A stretch of DNA of 64,000 bases from a virus. A program made the position numbers and the translations under genes. Of this stretch, positions 9,570 to 18,086 are shown piece by piece (positions within the stretch are counted from its first letter, which is position 1; each line of letters starts with the position of its first letter). The stretch covers positions 1 through 64,000 of IMG/VR virus record IMGVR_UViG_3300029319_009044. One strand, given 5' to 3'. Below the pieces are notes generated by a model. The model saw only the letters and a program-made list of their open reading frames with translations, had not been told where the DNA came from and made no database searches.

Positions 9570-9769
9570 CTTGATATCTTGTCTCTTATCAACTGTAAGT
9601 TAATTTCTCCTTCTTCTAAACTATCGGAGATTTGTTGAGTTAATTCATTTCCTAGTTCGCTAAGTTCATAATCTTCTGTACTATGCAAAACTTCAGTTAA
9701 TTTATCTAACGCATCATATAATTCTTCTACACCCACTTCAAATTTTTTAAGAATTGAACTTTGTTTCAT
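9566..9769 (-). CDS. small acidic hypothetical protein
   Basis: ORF preceded by TAAATA-N6-ATG. Confidence 0.6.
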   Translation of the reverse strand: MKQSSILKKFEVGVEELYDALDKLTEVLHSTEDYELSELGNELTQQISDSLEEGEINLQLIRDKISS

Positions 9770-9799
9770 ATATTCTATTTATTTTATTAAATATAATTA

Positions 9800-10426
9800 A
9801 TGACGTTCTTAGAAGAAGTAAACTTAATTTTAGAAAAAGTTGGTCAGTATAAGCCTATCAACTTACCTTACAAATTAAATGCATTAGAGCCAGTAGTTAA
9901 CAAGCAAACTACTGACTTTCATTTTAACAAGCATTATAAGGGGTATGTTAAAAAATTAAATGCAGCTATGGGTGCTAGAAAAAAAATACCTTTGGTAGAG
10001 TTAGTTAAAAATATAAAAGGTTACAATGATAAAGTAAGAGATAATGCTGGAGGAGCTTATAATCATCAATTATTTTTTAACATGATGAAGCCAGGGGGTA
10101 GTGACTTTAACGGAGAGATTGCTGATAGAATTAAAAAACGTTTTGGTACATATGCTAAATTCAAAAAAGAGTTTATTGATAATGCAGCAAGTCAGTTTGG
10201 TTCAGGGTGGGGTTGGTTAGTTGAAAAAGATGGTAAATTAGATTTAGCAAAGACACCTAATCAAGATAATCCACTAATGCATAATATGGGTAAGCCTATA
10301 TTAGGTGTTGATGTATGGGAGCATAGCTACTACTTAATGTATGGACCAGATAGAAAAGAATGGCTAAGTAAGTTTTTCGAGATTGTTAACTGGGATTACT
10401 GCTCCGCTCTTTTGCATACTAGCTAG
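9800..10426 (+). CDS. sodA: Fe/Mn superoxide dismutase, Mn-type signature
   Basis: LPY..NALEP, HF.KH, NAGGAYNH, FGSGWGWL, TPNQD.P, DVWEHSYY. Confidence 0.9.
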   Translation: MTFLEEVNLILEKVGQYKPINLPYKLNALEPVVNKQTTDFHFNKHYKGYVKKLNAAMGARKKIPLVELVKNIKGYNDKVRDNAGGAYNHQLFFNMMKPGGSDFNGEIADRIKKRFGTYAKFKKEFIDNAASQFGSGWGWLVEKDGKLDLAKTPNQDNPLMHNMGKPILGVDVWEHSYYLMYGPDRKEWLSKFFEIVNWDYCSALLHTS

Positions 10427-11089
10427 GATAGCTTCTATTTCTGCTTTCATATAGTTTACATGATAAGTCAAAAATCTATCATCTTTAAGATAAAAAATAA
10501 CACATTTTCTACATCTCTTACTTGTCATTCTTTCATACAAGTAAGCATATAAAGATAGTTGTAGACCATATAAATTAAATTCACAGTTATGAAGATGACT
10601 CACTGGGTCTTTAAGTCTTTCACAATAAGAAGAGCTAAATCTAAAACGCTTATTAGTTTTAAAGTCGCCAATAGTAAACTCATTTTTATGTTCGTAAATT
10701 AAATCTGCAGTACCAGCGATCTTAAACTCTTCATCATATAATAAATTCTCACACAAAACATTCTTAAAAGAATCTATAGAACGTTCAGCTGCTTTATCGT
10801 ATGATTTACATAACCAACCATAATTATCTTGTACATCGCCATAACTAATATAATCTTCTAAAATTTTATGAATATTAGTACCTCTCGTACAAGCTCTTAC
10901 CTTTTCTTTCTCCCACATTTCAAGAACTAACTCTTGTGATATACCTTCTCTATCTGCTACTCGTTTGGAATGTCCATCTCTATCAAAAGGTTGTTTGTAT
11001 TTACCGAGTAGAGTAGTTACGGAAATAAACTTTTCATTTGTATCAGTATGAGTATACGTATGAGAAGCTTCGTCAAATTTAATTTTCAC
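10364..11089 (-). CDS. PD-(D/E)XK exonuclease (Cas4-like phage nuclease)
   Basis: SVTTLL, RGT.IH..LE, E..L....IAGTADL, DFKT, QLSLYAY. Confidence 0.8.
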   Translation of the reverse strand: MKIKFDEASHTYTHTDTNEKFISVTTLLGKYKQPFDRDGHSKRVADREGISQELVLEMWEKEKVRACTRGTNIHKILEDYISYGDVQDNYGWLCKSYDKAAERSIDSFKNVLCENLLYDEEFKIAGTADLIYEHKNEFTIGDFKTNKRFRFSSSYCERLKDPVSHLHNCEFNLYGLQLSLYAYLYERMTSKRCRKCVIFYLKDDRFLTYHVNYMKAEIEAILASMQKSGAVIPVNNLEKLT

Positions 11090-11176
11090 TATTCTATATT
11101 ATACTTATAGAATTATAAAATCAATAAAAATTAACGTATCTCTAGAACTACGTTGTTTTTACTATAAATATATAAA

Positions 11177-11494
11177 ATGGAACCTGAAAAATCCCTACTC
11201 AAAGAGTTTCTAAGCGGTGGTTGGGTCGTACCTTTGATAGGGGCCGGCGCTATGCTAGCGCGTTTATTATCTGGGGAAAACAATTACACTTGGGGTCAAC
11301 AACTTAAAAAGATACTAACTGCTGGTATATCAGCTGGAATAGCATGGTTTATACTTGAACAAACTGAGATTTCTTCTCTTTATAAAGCAGTTACATATGG
11401 AATTATTGGTGTTATATCACCTGAGGTTATAGAAGGTATAGTAAAACTTGGTAAAAAATTTGCAGATAATCCTGAAAAGGTTATCAAAAAGTAA
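11177..11494 (+). CDS. small multi-pass membrane protein (holin-like)
   Basis: About three hydrophobic segments, basic C-terminus, late promoter TATAAATA. Confidence 0.5.
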   Translation: MEPEKSLLKEFLSGGWVVPLIGAGAMLARLLSGENNYTWGQQLKKILTAGISAGIAWFILEQTEISSLYKAVTYGIIGVISPEVIEGIVKLGKKFADNPEKVIKK

Positions 11495-11739
11495 TGAAAC
11501 CAAAATATTTAGTATATATTTTAGCAGCTATTATTTTAGCGTTTGTTATTAGAGGGTATTTTTGCGTAGATATGGTTCATGTTTATTTAGATGCTTTAAA
11601 TAAAGGAGCTCTAACTACAGATGGAGATTTGTATTGTAGTGTAAGTGAAAATATAGAAGGATTTAAGAAGCATTTACTATTCTCAGGGGTGTTAGCAGTA
11701 GTTATTGCTGTTTGTTGCAGGTTAAAAGCACCGAAGTAA
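11494..11739 (+). CDS. small two-TM membrane protein
   Basis: Two hydrophobic segments; TAATG coupling to the upstream gene. Confidence 0.55.
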   Translation: MKPKYLVYILAAIILAFVIRGYFCVDMVHVYLDALNKGALTTDGDLYCSVSENIEGFKKHLLFSGVLAVVIAVCCRLKAPK

Positions 11740-11751
11740 ATAAATATAATT

Positions 11752-14139
11752 ATGGGAAAGAAGATATCCGAACTTACTATCGCTAGTACTCCGTATGAAG
11801 GAGAAGAGCTGTTCGCTATGGTTGAAGATAGTGCTACTGTAGCTGCTCCAATTAGCTCATTTCAATCCTTTTTATCAGGTCAGGATCATTTAGCATCGCC
11901 TCATAAAAATAATCATTTCGTTTGTGATCAAACTGTAGCTGGAAAATTAAGTGGAGAGCAATTGAACATAGGTACTCAGAATAACGCTACATTAGGTTCA
12001 CAAGCTTCCATAGCTGGTGGATGTAAACAGGCTGCTACAGGAGCTCAAACATTTATAGGAGGAGGAGACTGTAACGTAACTACAGGAGTTAACTCTGCTA
12101 TTCTAGGAGGTGAAGAAAACTGCTCTCAAGGTGCATGTGGAATAATTGTAGGAGGTAAGTGCCATGAAACAGAAACTACTGCTACATATGGTTTTATTGG
12201 CGGTGGGTTTAAAAACTGTGTGACTGCTAATTACGGTACAATTGGTGGAGGTCAATGTAATACAGGTACAACTAATGGTGGTTATGGTTTTATAGGTGCG
12301 GGTAGACGCAATGAAGTATGCGCATCAAAAGGAGGTATCATTGCTGGAGAAGATAATACTATTACAGGGTGCGATTCATTTATAGGAGCTGGAAAAGCAA
12401 ATAATGCCAGGGGTCAAAATTCAACTGTGGTAGGTGGAATTAGTTCGTGTGCTATTGGTAAAGGTTCTTTTGTTGGAGGTGGTATTGTTAACTGCGCAAC
12501 AGGGGGATGTGCTATAGCTGGAGGGGGCAGCTTAAACAAGCCCACTGGATGTGTTAGTGCAATAGTTGGTGGTATTACAAATACAGCTTCTGGAAGTGCT
12601 TCATTTATTGGAGGTGGATCAACCAATACTGCTTCAGCTAAAGCGTCTGTAGTTGGTGGTGGTTTTAACAACACTGCTGAAGGTCCTAGTGCTACTAAAG
12701 GATGCACAACTGTAGCAGGTGGTGAAACTAATATAGTTTCTCAATGCTGGGGATTTATCGGAGGAGGGTGCAACAATACTGTAAATGGTGTTGCTGGAGT
12801 AGTAGCTGGAGGCGTTGCAAATACAGCAGATGCTGATTATACTTTTATCGGAGGAGGTGAGTCAAACTTACCAGTTAATTCTAGTCACGGTGTAGTTGCA
12901 GGTGGTTGTGGAAATGTTCTAGCAGCTCCTTGCACAGTAATAGCAGGAGGTAAATCAAACTCAACTGCAGCGGGTACAGATTTTGGTATTATCGGAGGTG
13001 GAGAATCTAATGCTATTACTGCTAATGCATGCCATGGATCTATTATAGGTGGTTGTGGAAACAAAGTATGTAATGACTTTGGTACAGTTGGTGGTGGAAA
13101 AGCAAACTGCTCTGGCGCTGCATGTTCTTATGTAGGAGGTGGAGAATCTAATGATATAGCTGCTGGTAATTACTCAGTAATAGTTGGAGGTAAGGGCAGC
13201 TATACCTGTAATACAGGTGTATTTATTGGTGGAGGTTATCTTCATTGTGCATCAGGAGCAGAATGCAGTACTATAGTCGGAGGTTATGGTAATACATTAA
13301 TAACCGGAGCTAGTGGTGCATTTATAGGCGGGGGTGTTCATAATAAAGGATTAGGTCAAGGAACATTTATTGGAGGAGGAGCACTTAACTGCACTAACTC
13401 ATGCGCTGGAGGATGTTTTGCTACTATAGCAGGAGGTAGAAAGAATACAGTTGATGGAGCATTTTCAACTTTAGTAGGTGGATGTAGTAACTGTGTATCT
13501 GCTGCTTGTGGTACAGTGGTTGGAGGATATGAAAACTGTGTAGAAAGTAGTGGTGCAAGTAGCTTTATTGGAGGAGGTTATTGCAATACTGCTAATGTAA
13601 CGCAAGGTACTATTGGAGGAGGCAGAGAAAATAATGTTGATTCTGGTGAAGGAGGCTTTATTGGAGGAGGTTGTGGTAATACTACTTCTAATGCATATGC
13701 AACATTAGGTGGAGGTAAAGGTAATATTGCTTCAGGTACATGTTCTTTTGTAGGTGGAGGACAACTCAACTGTGCAACAAAACCGTGGTCATTAGTAGTG
13801 GGAGGATGTCAAAATAGAGAATCAGGTACATGTTTAAATGTTATTGTAGGAGGTATGACTAATCTTATATGCGAATCAGCTACAGCAAGTAGTATATTAG
13901 GAGGGTTTAATAATGTGTTATCTGCAAATTATGCTTTCATAGGTGGCGGATGTGGTAATAAGACACATTGTACAGCTCATCATCATTCAGCTATTGTAAC
14001 TTCAGATATAACAACAGTTTCAGCTTGCATGTTACATGCTAATTCATTATATCTCAAAAATTTACCAACAGCTGAACCACATACTGCAGGAGTAATATGG
14101 AGAGATGGTACAACACTTAAAATATCTTGCGCAAGTTAA
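11752..14139 (+). CDS. Gly/Cys-rich 14-aa-repeat adhesin or fibre protein (YadA-head-like beta-roll)
   Basis: N-terminal KISEL fibre-anchor-like motif; >40 repeats of SxI(G/V)GGxxNxAxG; about 45 Cys; late promoter. Confidence 0.7.
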   Translation: MGKKISELTIASTPYEGEELFAMVEDSATVAAPISSFQSFLSGQDHLASPHKNNHFVCDQTVAGKLSGEQLNIGTQNNATLGSQASIAGGCKQAATGAQTFIGGGDCNVTTGVNSAILGGEENCSQGACGIIVGGKCHETETTATYGFIGGGFKNCVTANYGTIGGGQCNTGTTNGGYGFIGAGRRNEVCASKGGIIAGEDNTITGCDSFIGAGKANNARGQNSTVVGGISSCAIGKGSFVGGGIVNCATGGCAIAGGGSLNKPTGCVSAIVGGITNTASGSASFIGGGSTNTASAKASVVGGGFNNTAEGPSATKGCTTVAGGETNIVSQCWGFIGGGCNNTVNGVAGVVAGGVANTADADYTFIGGGESNLPVNSSHGVVAGGCGNVLAAPCTVIAGGKSNSTAAGTDFGIIGGGESNAITANACHGSIIGGCGNKVCNDFGTVGGGKANCSGAACSYVGGGESNDIAAGNYSVIVGGKGSYTCNTGVFIGGGYLHCASGAECSTIVGGYGNTLITGASGAFIGGGVHNKGLGQGTFIGGGALNCTNSCAGGCFATIAGGRKNTVDGAFSTLVGGCSNCVSAACGTVVGGYENCVESSGASSFIGGGYCNTANVTQGTIGGGRENNVDSGEGGFIGGGCGNTTSNAYATLGGGKGNIASGTCSFVGGGQLNCATKPWSLVVGGCQNRESGTCLNVIVGGMTNLICESATASSILGGFNNVLSANYAFIGGGCGNKTHCTAHHHSAIVTSDITTVSACMLHANSLYLKNLPTAEPHTAGVIWRDGTTLKISCAS

Positions 14140-14175
14140 CTTGATTTATAATAAAAGCATACTAAATTTATTAGT

Positions 14176-15174
14176 ATGGCCACAACAGTTTTTCACATTG
14201 AAGGAGGTATAGGTAAAAATATTGCAGCTACAGCAGTTATTGCTGCGTATAAAAAAGCTAAACCTGAACGTAAAATTATAGTTGTATCAGCTTGGGCTGA
14301 AGTTTGGATGAATAATCCAAATGTTGCAAGGTTTTATGTAATAGGTAATACGCCTTACTTTTATAAAGATATTATCCAAGGTAAAGATGTTGAAATTTAC
14401 TCAGGTGATCCTTACAGAACTACAGATCATATTACTAAAAAGACCCATTTAATTAAAACGTGGTGTAAGATGGCTGGAGTAGAACATAACCATGAGGGTC
14501 CTAATCTTCATTTTAATTTTAGAGAGTTAGAAGAAGGGGCTGCTTATGTTAATCAGTTTAGAAGAGACGGTCGACCTGTTCTTCTTTTTCAACCTTTTGG
14601 AGGCCCAGGTAAAGAGCATCAACAGCATCCATATTCTTGGACAAGAGACATGCATCCAAGTCAAGCTCAAGCTGTAGTAAATAAATTAGCTCAAAAATAT
14701 AATATTGTTCATGTATGCTATGAATTTCATCCAAAATTACAAAACTGTCATCGCTTTGATAAAATTATTGGAAAGAAAGCTCTGTTTGCAATGACAGGTA
14801 ATGCAAATAAACGTTTATTTGTAGACTCTTCACTTCAGCATGCTGCAGCTGCACTTGGTCAAAAATCTGTAGTATTGTGGGTAGCAACACAGCCAAAGAT
14901 ATTTGGATATGGTATTCATAACAATATAGGACCTAAGAAAGAATATCTAGAAGGCCATATCGATTCATATTTGTTTGACTATAATTTTACAGGAACCATT
15001 TATGAATGCCCGTATAAAGATCCAGCTGATATTCATGATGTAGATGAAATAGTAGCTGCTGTTGAGCAGGAGGATAAACCTAAAGAGGAGCCTAAACAAG
15101 AACCTAAAGTGAAGCCTAAAGAAGAACCTAAAGAAGAACCTAAAGAGGAGCCTAAGAAAGATAAAAAATCTTAG
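14176..15174 (+). CDS. GT-B glycosyltransferase, GT9 (heptosyltransferase)-like, with C-terminal KEEP repeat tail
   Basis: GGIGK.IAAT...KKA.P...I.V, NP.V, FVDSSLQHAAAALG..SVVLW..T.P..FGY resemble GT9 motifs. Confidence 0.7.
   Translation: MATTVFHIEGGIGKNIAATAVIAAYKKAKPERKIIVVSAWAEVWMNNPNVARFYVIGNTPYFYKDIIQGKDVEIYSGDPYRTTDHITKKTHLIKTWCKMAGVEHNHEGPNLHFNFRELEEGAAYVNQFRRDGRPVLLFQPFGGPGKEHQQHPYSWTRDMHPSQAQAVVNKLAQKYNIVHVCYEFHPKLQNCHRFDKIIGKKALFAMTGNANKRLFVDSSLQHAAAALGQKSVVLWVATQPKIFGYGIHNNIGPKKEYLEGHIDSYLFDYNFTGTIYECPYKDPADIHDVDEIVAAVEQEDKPKEEPKQEPKVKPKEEPKEEPKEEPKKDKKS
15076..15160 (+). repeat. 12-bp tandem repeat encoding (K-E-E-P)n
   Basis: cctaaagaagaa/cctaaagaggag units, about 7 copies. Confidence 0.85.
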
Positions 15175-15968
15175 TAATACGATCCGTAAATATCGGTATC
15201 ATTTACATCCATATCCATTACATCAGTTTTAGATAAGTTATCAATATTATATGGATCTTCTTCAGTAGGATATGTCTTACCGCTTGAAGTCAATTGATCA
15301 GTAAGCGTAGTAGATAATATACCACTAAACGAATTATCATAAACTTGCTCGTTAGCTTTTTCAGCAGATAAACCATTCTGGAAGGTAAAGTCTAATCTCT
15401 TACCTCTTAATCTATAAATGTAATGACCTAATAATGGATTAAGAGAAGATATATCTTGATCCATTCGTTCAGTTATTTCATATTTAACTGAACCTCTTCC
15501 ATTAGGTCTATCACAACCTAGTACAGTTAAATCAATTACATCTCCTGATTTAGGTTCTATAGACTGACCAACAGATGAATAATCGAAGAATGCTGAAGCT
15601 GCAGTATGAAAAGTACTAATGTGTACATAAGCAGTAAATTCATCTCCTGGATCAAAACCAAATTTAGTTAAATTAACAGCATCGTCATTTAATTCAATAT
15701 ACATTTGTACCCCGGAAAGAGGCCCCTGATATTGTTTAACTGAATCTTCTCCATATAAAAGATCTGCAGCAGATAAGTTAAATGTATTAATATAATAATC
15801 TACAGGTATACCAAAATTATTAATGAGATCGTTAAAGGCTTGATCAAAAACTAATTGTTCTGCTTGTAAATTAGATGGATTAACTAACTCACCGCAAGAA
15901 GGTATAGCAGTAGCAGCTAAAACTTCTTCTGGTGTACAGTTTAATCTATTTTCATTACATACTGACAT
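15171..15968 (-). CDS. gp14: neck / head-closure protein (T4 gp14-like)
   Basis: I..FG..V.YY, D.LYGED, MYIE, TKFG...D, P..GD.I pattern. Confidence 0.65.
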   Translation of the reverse strand: MSVCNENRLNCTPEEVLAATAIPSCGELVNPSNLQAEQLVFDQAFNDLINNFGIPVDYYINTFNLSAADLLYGEDSVKQYQGPLSGVQMYIELNDDAVNLTKFGFDPGDEFTAYVHISTFHTAASAFFDYSSVGQSIEPKSGDVIDLTVLGCDRPNGRGSVKYEITERMDQDISSLNPLLGHYIYRLRGKRLDFTFQNGLSAEKANEQVYDNSFSGILSTTLTDQLTSSGKTYPTEEDPYNIDNLSKTDVMDMDVNDTDIYGSYY

Positions 15969-15969
15969 A

Positions 15970-17001
15970 TCATCTCTTGGCTAGCATTCCACATTGATTA
16001 CCTTCTTCATCTTCAAACATTTTTACCTCTACCCCAGAGTTACCTAATACCTTAGTTTGACCAGGTAGATATTGAACTCCATAAGTATTTAACGTATCAA
16101 ATAGAGGCATGCCCATTAATTTTATCTGACTAGCTGCTCCATTAAGAAGATTATTAACATGTGGACATTTATGATTATATCTTTTAGGTAAAGTATTAAG
16201 ATGTTTTTTAGATAGACCTACTCTGTTAATATTTTTTCCTACTCTCATATGAGGGTTAAGAAGTTCTTCTCCTTGATAGTATTCAAAAAAAGTTTTAAAG
16301 TTTTCCATATATATCTTATCATATGATCTAGCAATTAAATCTATAAGCTTTTCTATAATCTTAGTATTACGTAAGACTTTAAATGCTAAATTTTCTATAC
16401 TAAACTCTCCTTCTCTTTCAAGGCCTCTCTTTCTCATCTTTGAGATCTTTTGCTTTAATTTTTTAGCAACATCATTTAATTCTCTAGCTTCTTTACCTTT
16501 AACCTCGCTAAGCTTTTCTTCTAATATTTGTGTATCCTTTACAAATGCATTAGCTTTTTTATAAACATCTTTTAGATCAACTGAAGGCGGGTCATATGTC
16601 GGTTTGGTTAACCAACTATCGTCTTGAATAGAATACAAACCAGAAGCTGTATGAGGCTCGTCTTTATCTTGCACATACATTTCAACATCATGACCTCTAA
16701 AATTTATATTATGTCTTTGATTCCATATAAATCTTTTACCATCTAATGCATCTTTAACTAGATCTTCATCATCGTTTATATCCTTATAATCTATAAGAAC
16801 ATGCACATCTAAGTCTGAGAAATCGTTGTAATTGTAATTACTATTACTTCCTGTTAGAGTAATATCATGTATCTTTACATTATCTAGTTCTAGTTCATTG
16901 ATAAAATCTGAAGTAATAGCTAATAATTTTTGTCTAATCTTTGGATCAAAGCTATCATCAGACCAAAACTTTTTATTTAGAGTTTTGTTATAGATCTTCA
17001 C
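15970..17001 (-). CDS. Pol-beta-superfamily nucleotidyltransferase with extra C-terminal domain
   Basis: LTGSNSNYNY...SDLDVH, VEMYVQD, GLYS; R..GL..GEFS.ENLAFK.LR. Confidence 0.75.
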   Translation of the reverse strand: MKIYNKTLNKKFWSDDSFDPKIRQKLLAITSDFINELELDNVKIHDITLTGSNSNYNYNDFSDLDVHVLIDYKDINDDEDLVKDALDGKRFIWNQRHNINFRGHDVEMYVQDKDEPHTASGLYSIQDDSWLTKPTYDPPSVDLKDVYKKANAFVKDTQILEEKLSEVKGKEARELNDVAKKLKQKISKMRKRGLEREGEFSIENLAFKVLRNTKIIEKLIDLIARSYDKIYMENFKTFFEYYQGEELLNPHMRVGKNINRVGLSKKHLNTLPKRYNHKCPHVNNLLNGAASQIKLMGMPLFDTLNTYGVQYLPGQTKVLGNSGVEVKMFEDEEGNQCGMLAKR

Positions 17002-17014
17002 ACTTATATTTATT

Positions 17015-17052
17015 AAAAAAGCCCGAAGAGGTCTACTCTACGGGCTCTTTTA
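17015..17052 (-). terminator. intrinsic terminator, possibly bidirectional
   Basis: Minus strand GCCCGTAGAG-tagac-CTCTTCGGGC-TTTTTT hairpin; A/T runs on both sides. Confidence 0.75.
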
Positions 17053-17072
17053 ATTTAATTATTGAGCTTTTT

Positions 17073-18086
17073 TTATTCGTATGCACTTTGGCCGGCCTTA
17101 AGATCACCAACCTTATTACTTCCACCTGTTCCCATGTTAACTGTGTGATGAAGTTCTGAACCAGGATCAACTGTTCCTGAAGCAGCTTTTTCTTTAGCAG
17201 CTCCTTTAGGCTTCAAATTACCAACTTTGTTCTTTCCTCCAGTGCCCATGTCAACTGTGTGATGAAGCTCAGAACCAGGGTCAATTGCTTCTTCATCTTC
17301 TTCATATGCTACTTCAGCTTCAAAGTCTTCATCAGGCTCATCATCTCCTCCCATAGCTGCCATTAATACTTCATGAAGCTTTTCAGCTACATCTTTTGGA
17401 ATAGTAACAGTAAGATCGCCTTCATCACCACCATCATCATCGGTCTCGATTCCAAGGGCTTCAATTTCAGACATATCCTCGGCATCTTCAAATTCACCGA
17501 AGTTTTCATTAACCATTACTTTATTATAAAGTTTATCAAATACGGAAGGTTTGCTCATAAAATTATTTAGGCCATCTCGTGCAATTTTCTCGTGTTCTCC
17601 TAAAATTTCTTCATCTTCTTCTTTTTTATCATCGTCTTCTTCATCAGAATGCTTCTTACCCATAGCTTTTTTAATAGCTTTATCTTTAGATCCCATATAT
17701 TCATCTGTTTTAGATTCTACTTTACCATCACCATCATAATCTTTATCAGCTTTTTCCTCAGAATCTTCTTCAGGACCTACATTACCTGTGTAAGCTACTT
17801 GACCGTAAGTTGGACCTGTCGGCTTAGGCTCTTGACATTCTACAGGATCGTTACCATCTCCATAAGAATAACCCTTAATATTGTAAATATTATCCTTTTT
17901 ATCTTTGTCAGACATGTTATCTAAGTCAACAAGAGGTTTTCTAAACCCCCCTTCTTCCTCAGGTCCTCCTTTTACAAGAGGAGCTTCTCCTGATGTTCCA
18001 GGTGGAACCTCTTCGTTTATAACTACTTTTTTGAACACATCTTTATATGCTTCTCCTAGTGACATGAAGTCTTTACTTTTTGACAT
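17073..18086 (-). CDS. acidic low-complexity protein, probable prohead core or internal head protein
   Basis: Very D/E-rich; L/I-x-E sites; DKDYDGDGKVES motif; duplicated 24-aa C-terminal repeat; late promoter. Confidence 0.5.
   Translation of the reverse strand: MSKSKDFMSLGEAYKDVFKKVVINEEVPPGTSGEAPLVKGGPEEEGGFRKPLVDLDNMSDKDKKDNIYNIKGYSYGDGNDPVECQEPKPTGPTYGQVAYTGNVGPEEDSEEKADKDYDGDGKVESKTDEYMGSKDKAIKKAMGKKHSDEEDDDKKEEDEEILGEHEKIARDGLNNFMSKPSVFDKLYNKVMVNENFGEFEDAEDMSEIEALGIETDDDGGDEGDLTVTIPKDVAEKLHEVLMAAMGGDDEPDEDFEAEVAYEEDEEAIDPGSELHHTVDMGTGGKNKVGNLKPKGAAKEKAASGTVDPGSELHHTVNMGTGGSNKVGDLKAGQSAYE
17100..17284 (-). repeat. two copies of a ~72-bp unit encoding DPGSELHHTVxMGTGGxNKVGxLK
   Basis: Visible in DNA (aactgtgtgatgaag..c.gaaccagg.tcaa) and in protein. 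Confidence 0.85.

Noticed and set aside
10364-11089. CRISPR Cas4
   Set aside because: No array or cas genes, and no clear four-Cys Fe-S motif; it is a stand-alone phage PD-(D/E)XK nuclease
11752-14139. Recoded genetic code explaining the excess Cys
   Set aside because: TGT/TGC encode expected catalytic and zinc-binding Cys in GuaC, gp44 and primase; TAA, TAG and TGA all act as stops and genes are full length in the standard code
6221-15174. Bacterial chromosomal LPS/O-antigen locus or chimeric assembly
   Set aside because: The genes share the composition, leaderless promoter style and tight packing of the phage genes, and they are interleaved with TAAATA-driven genes
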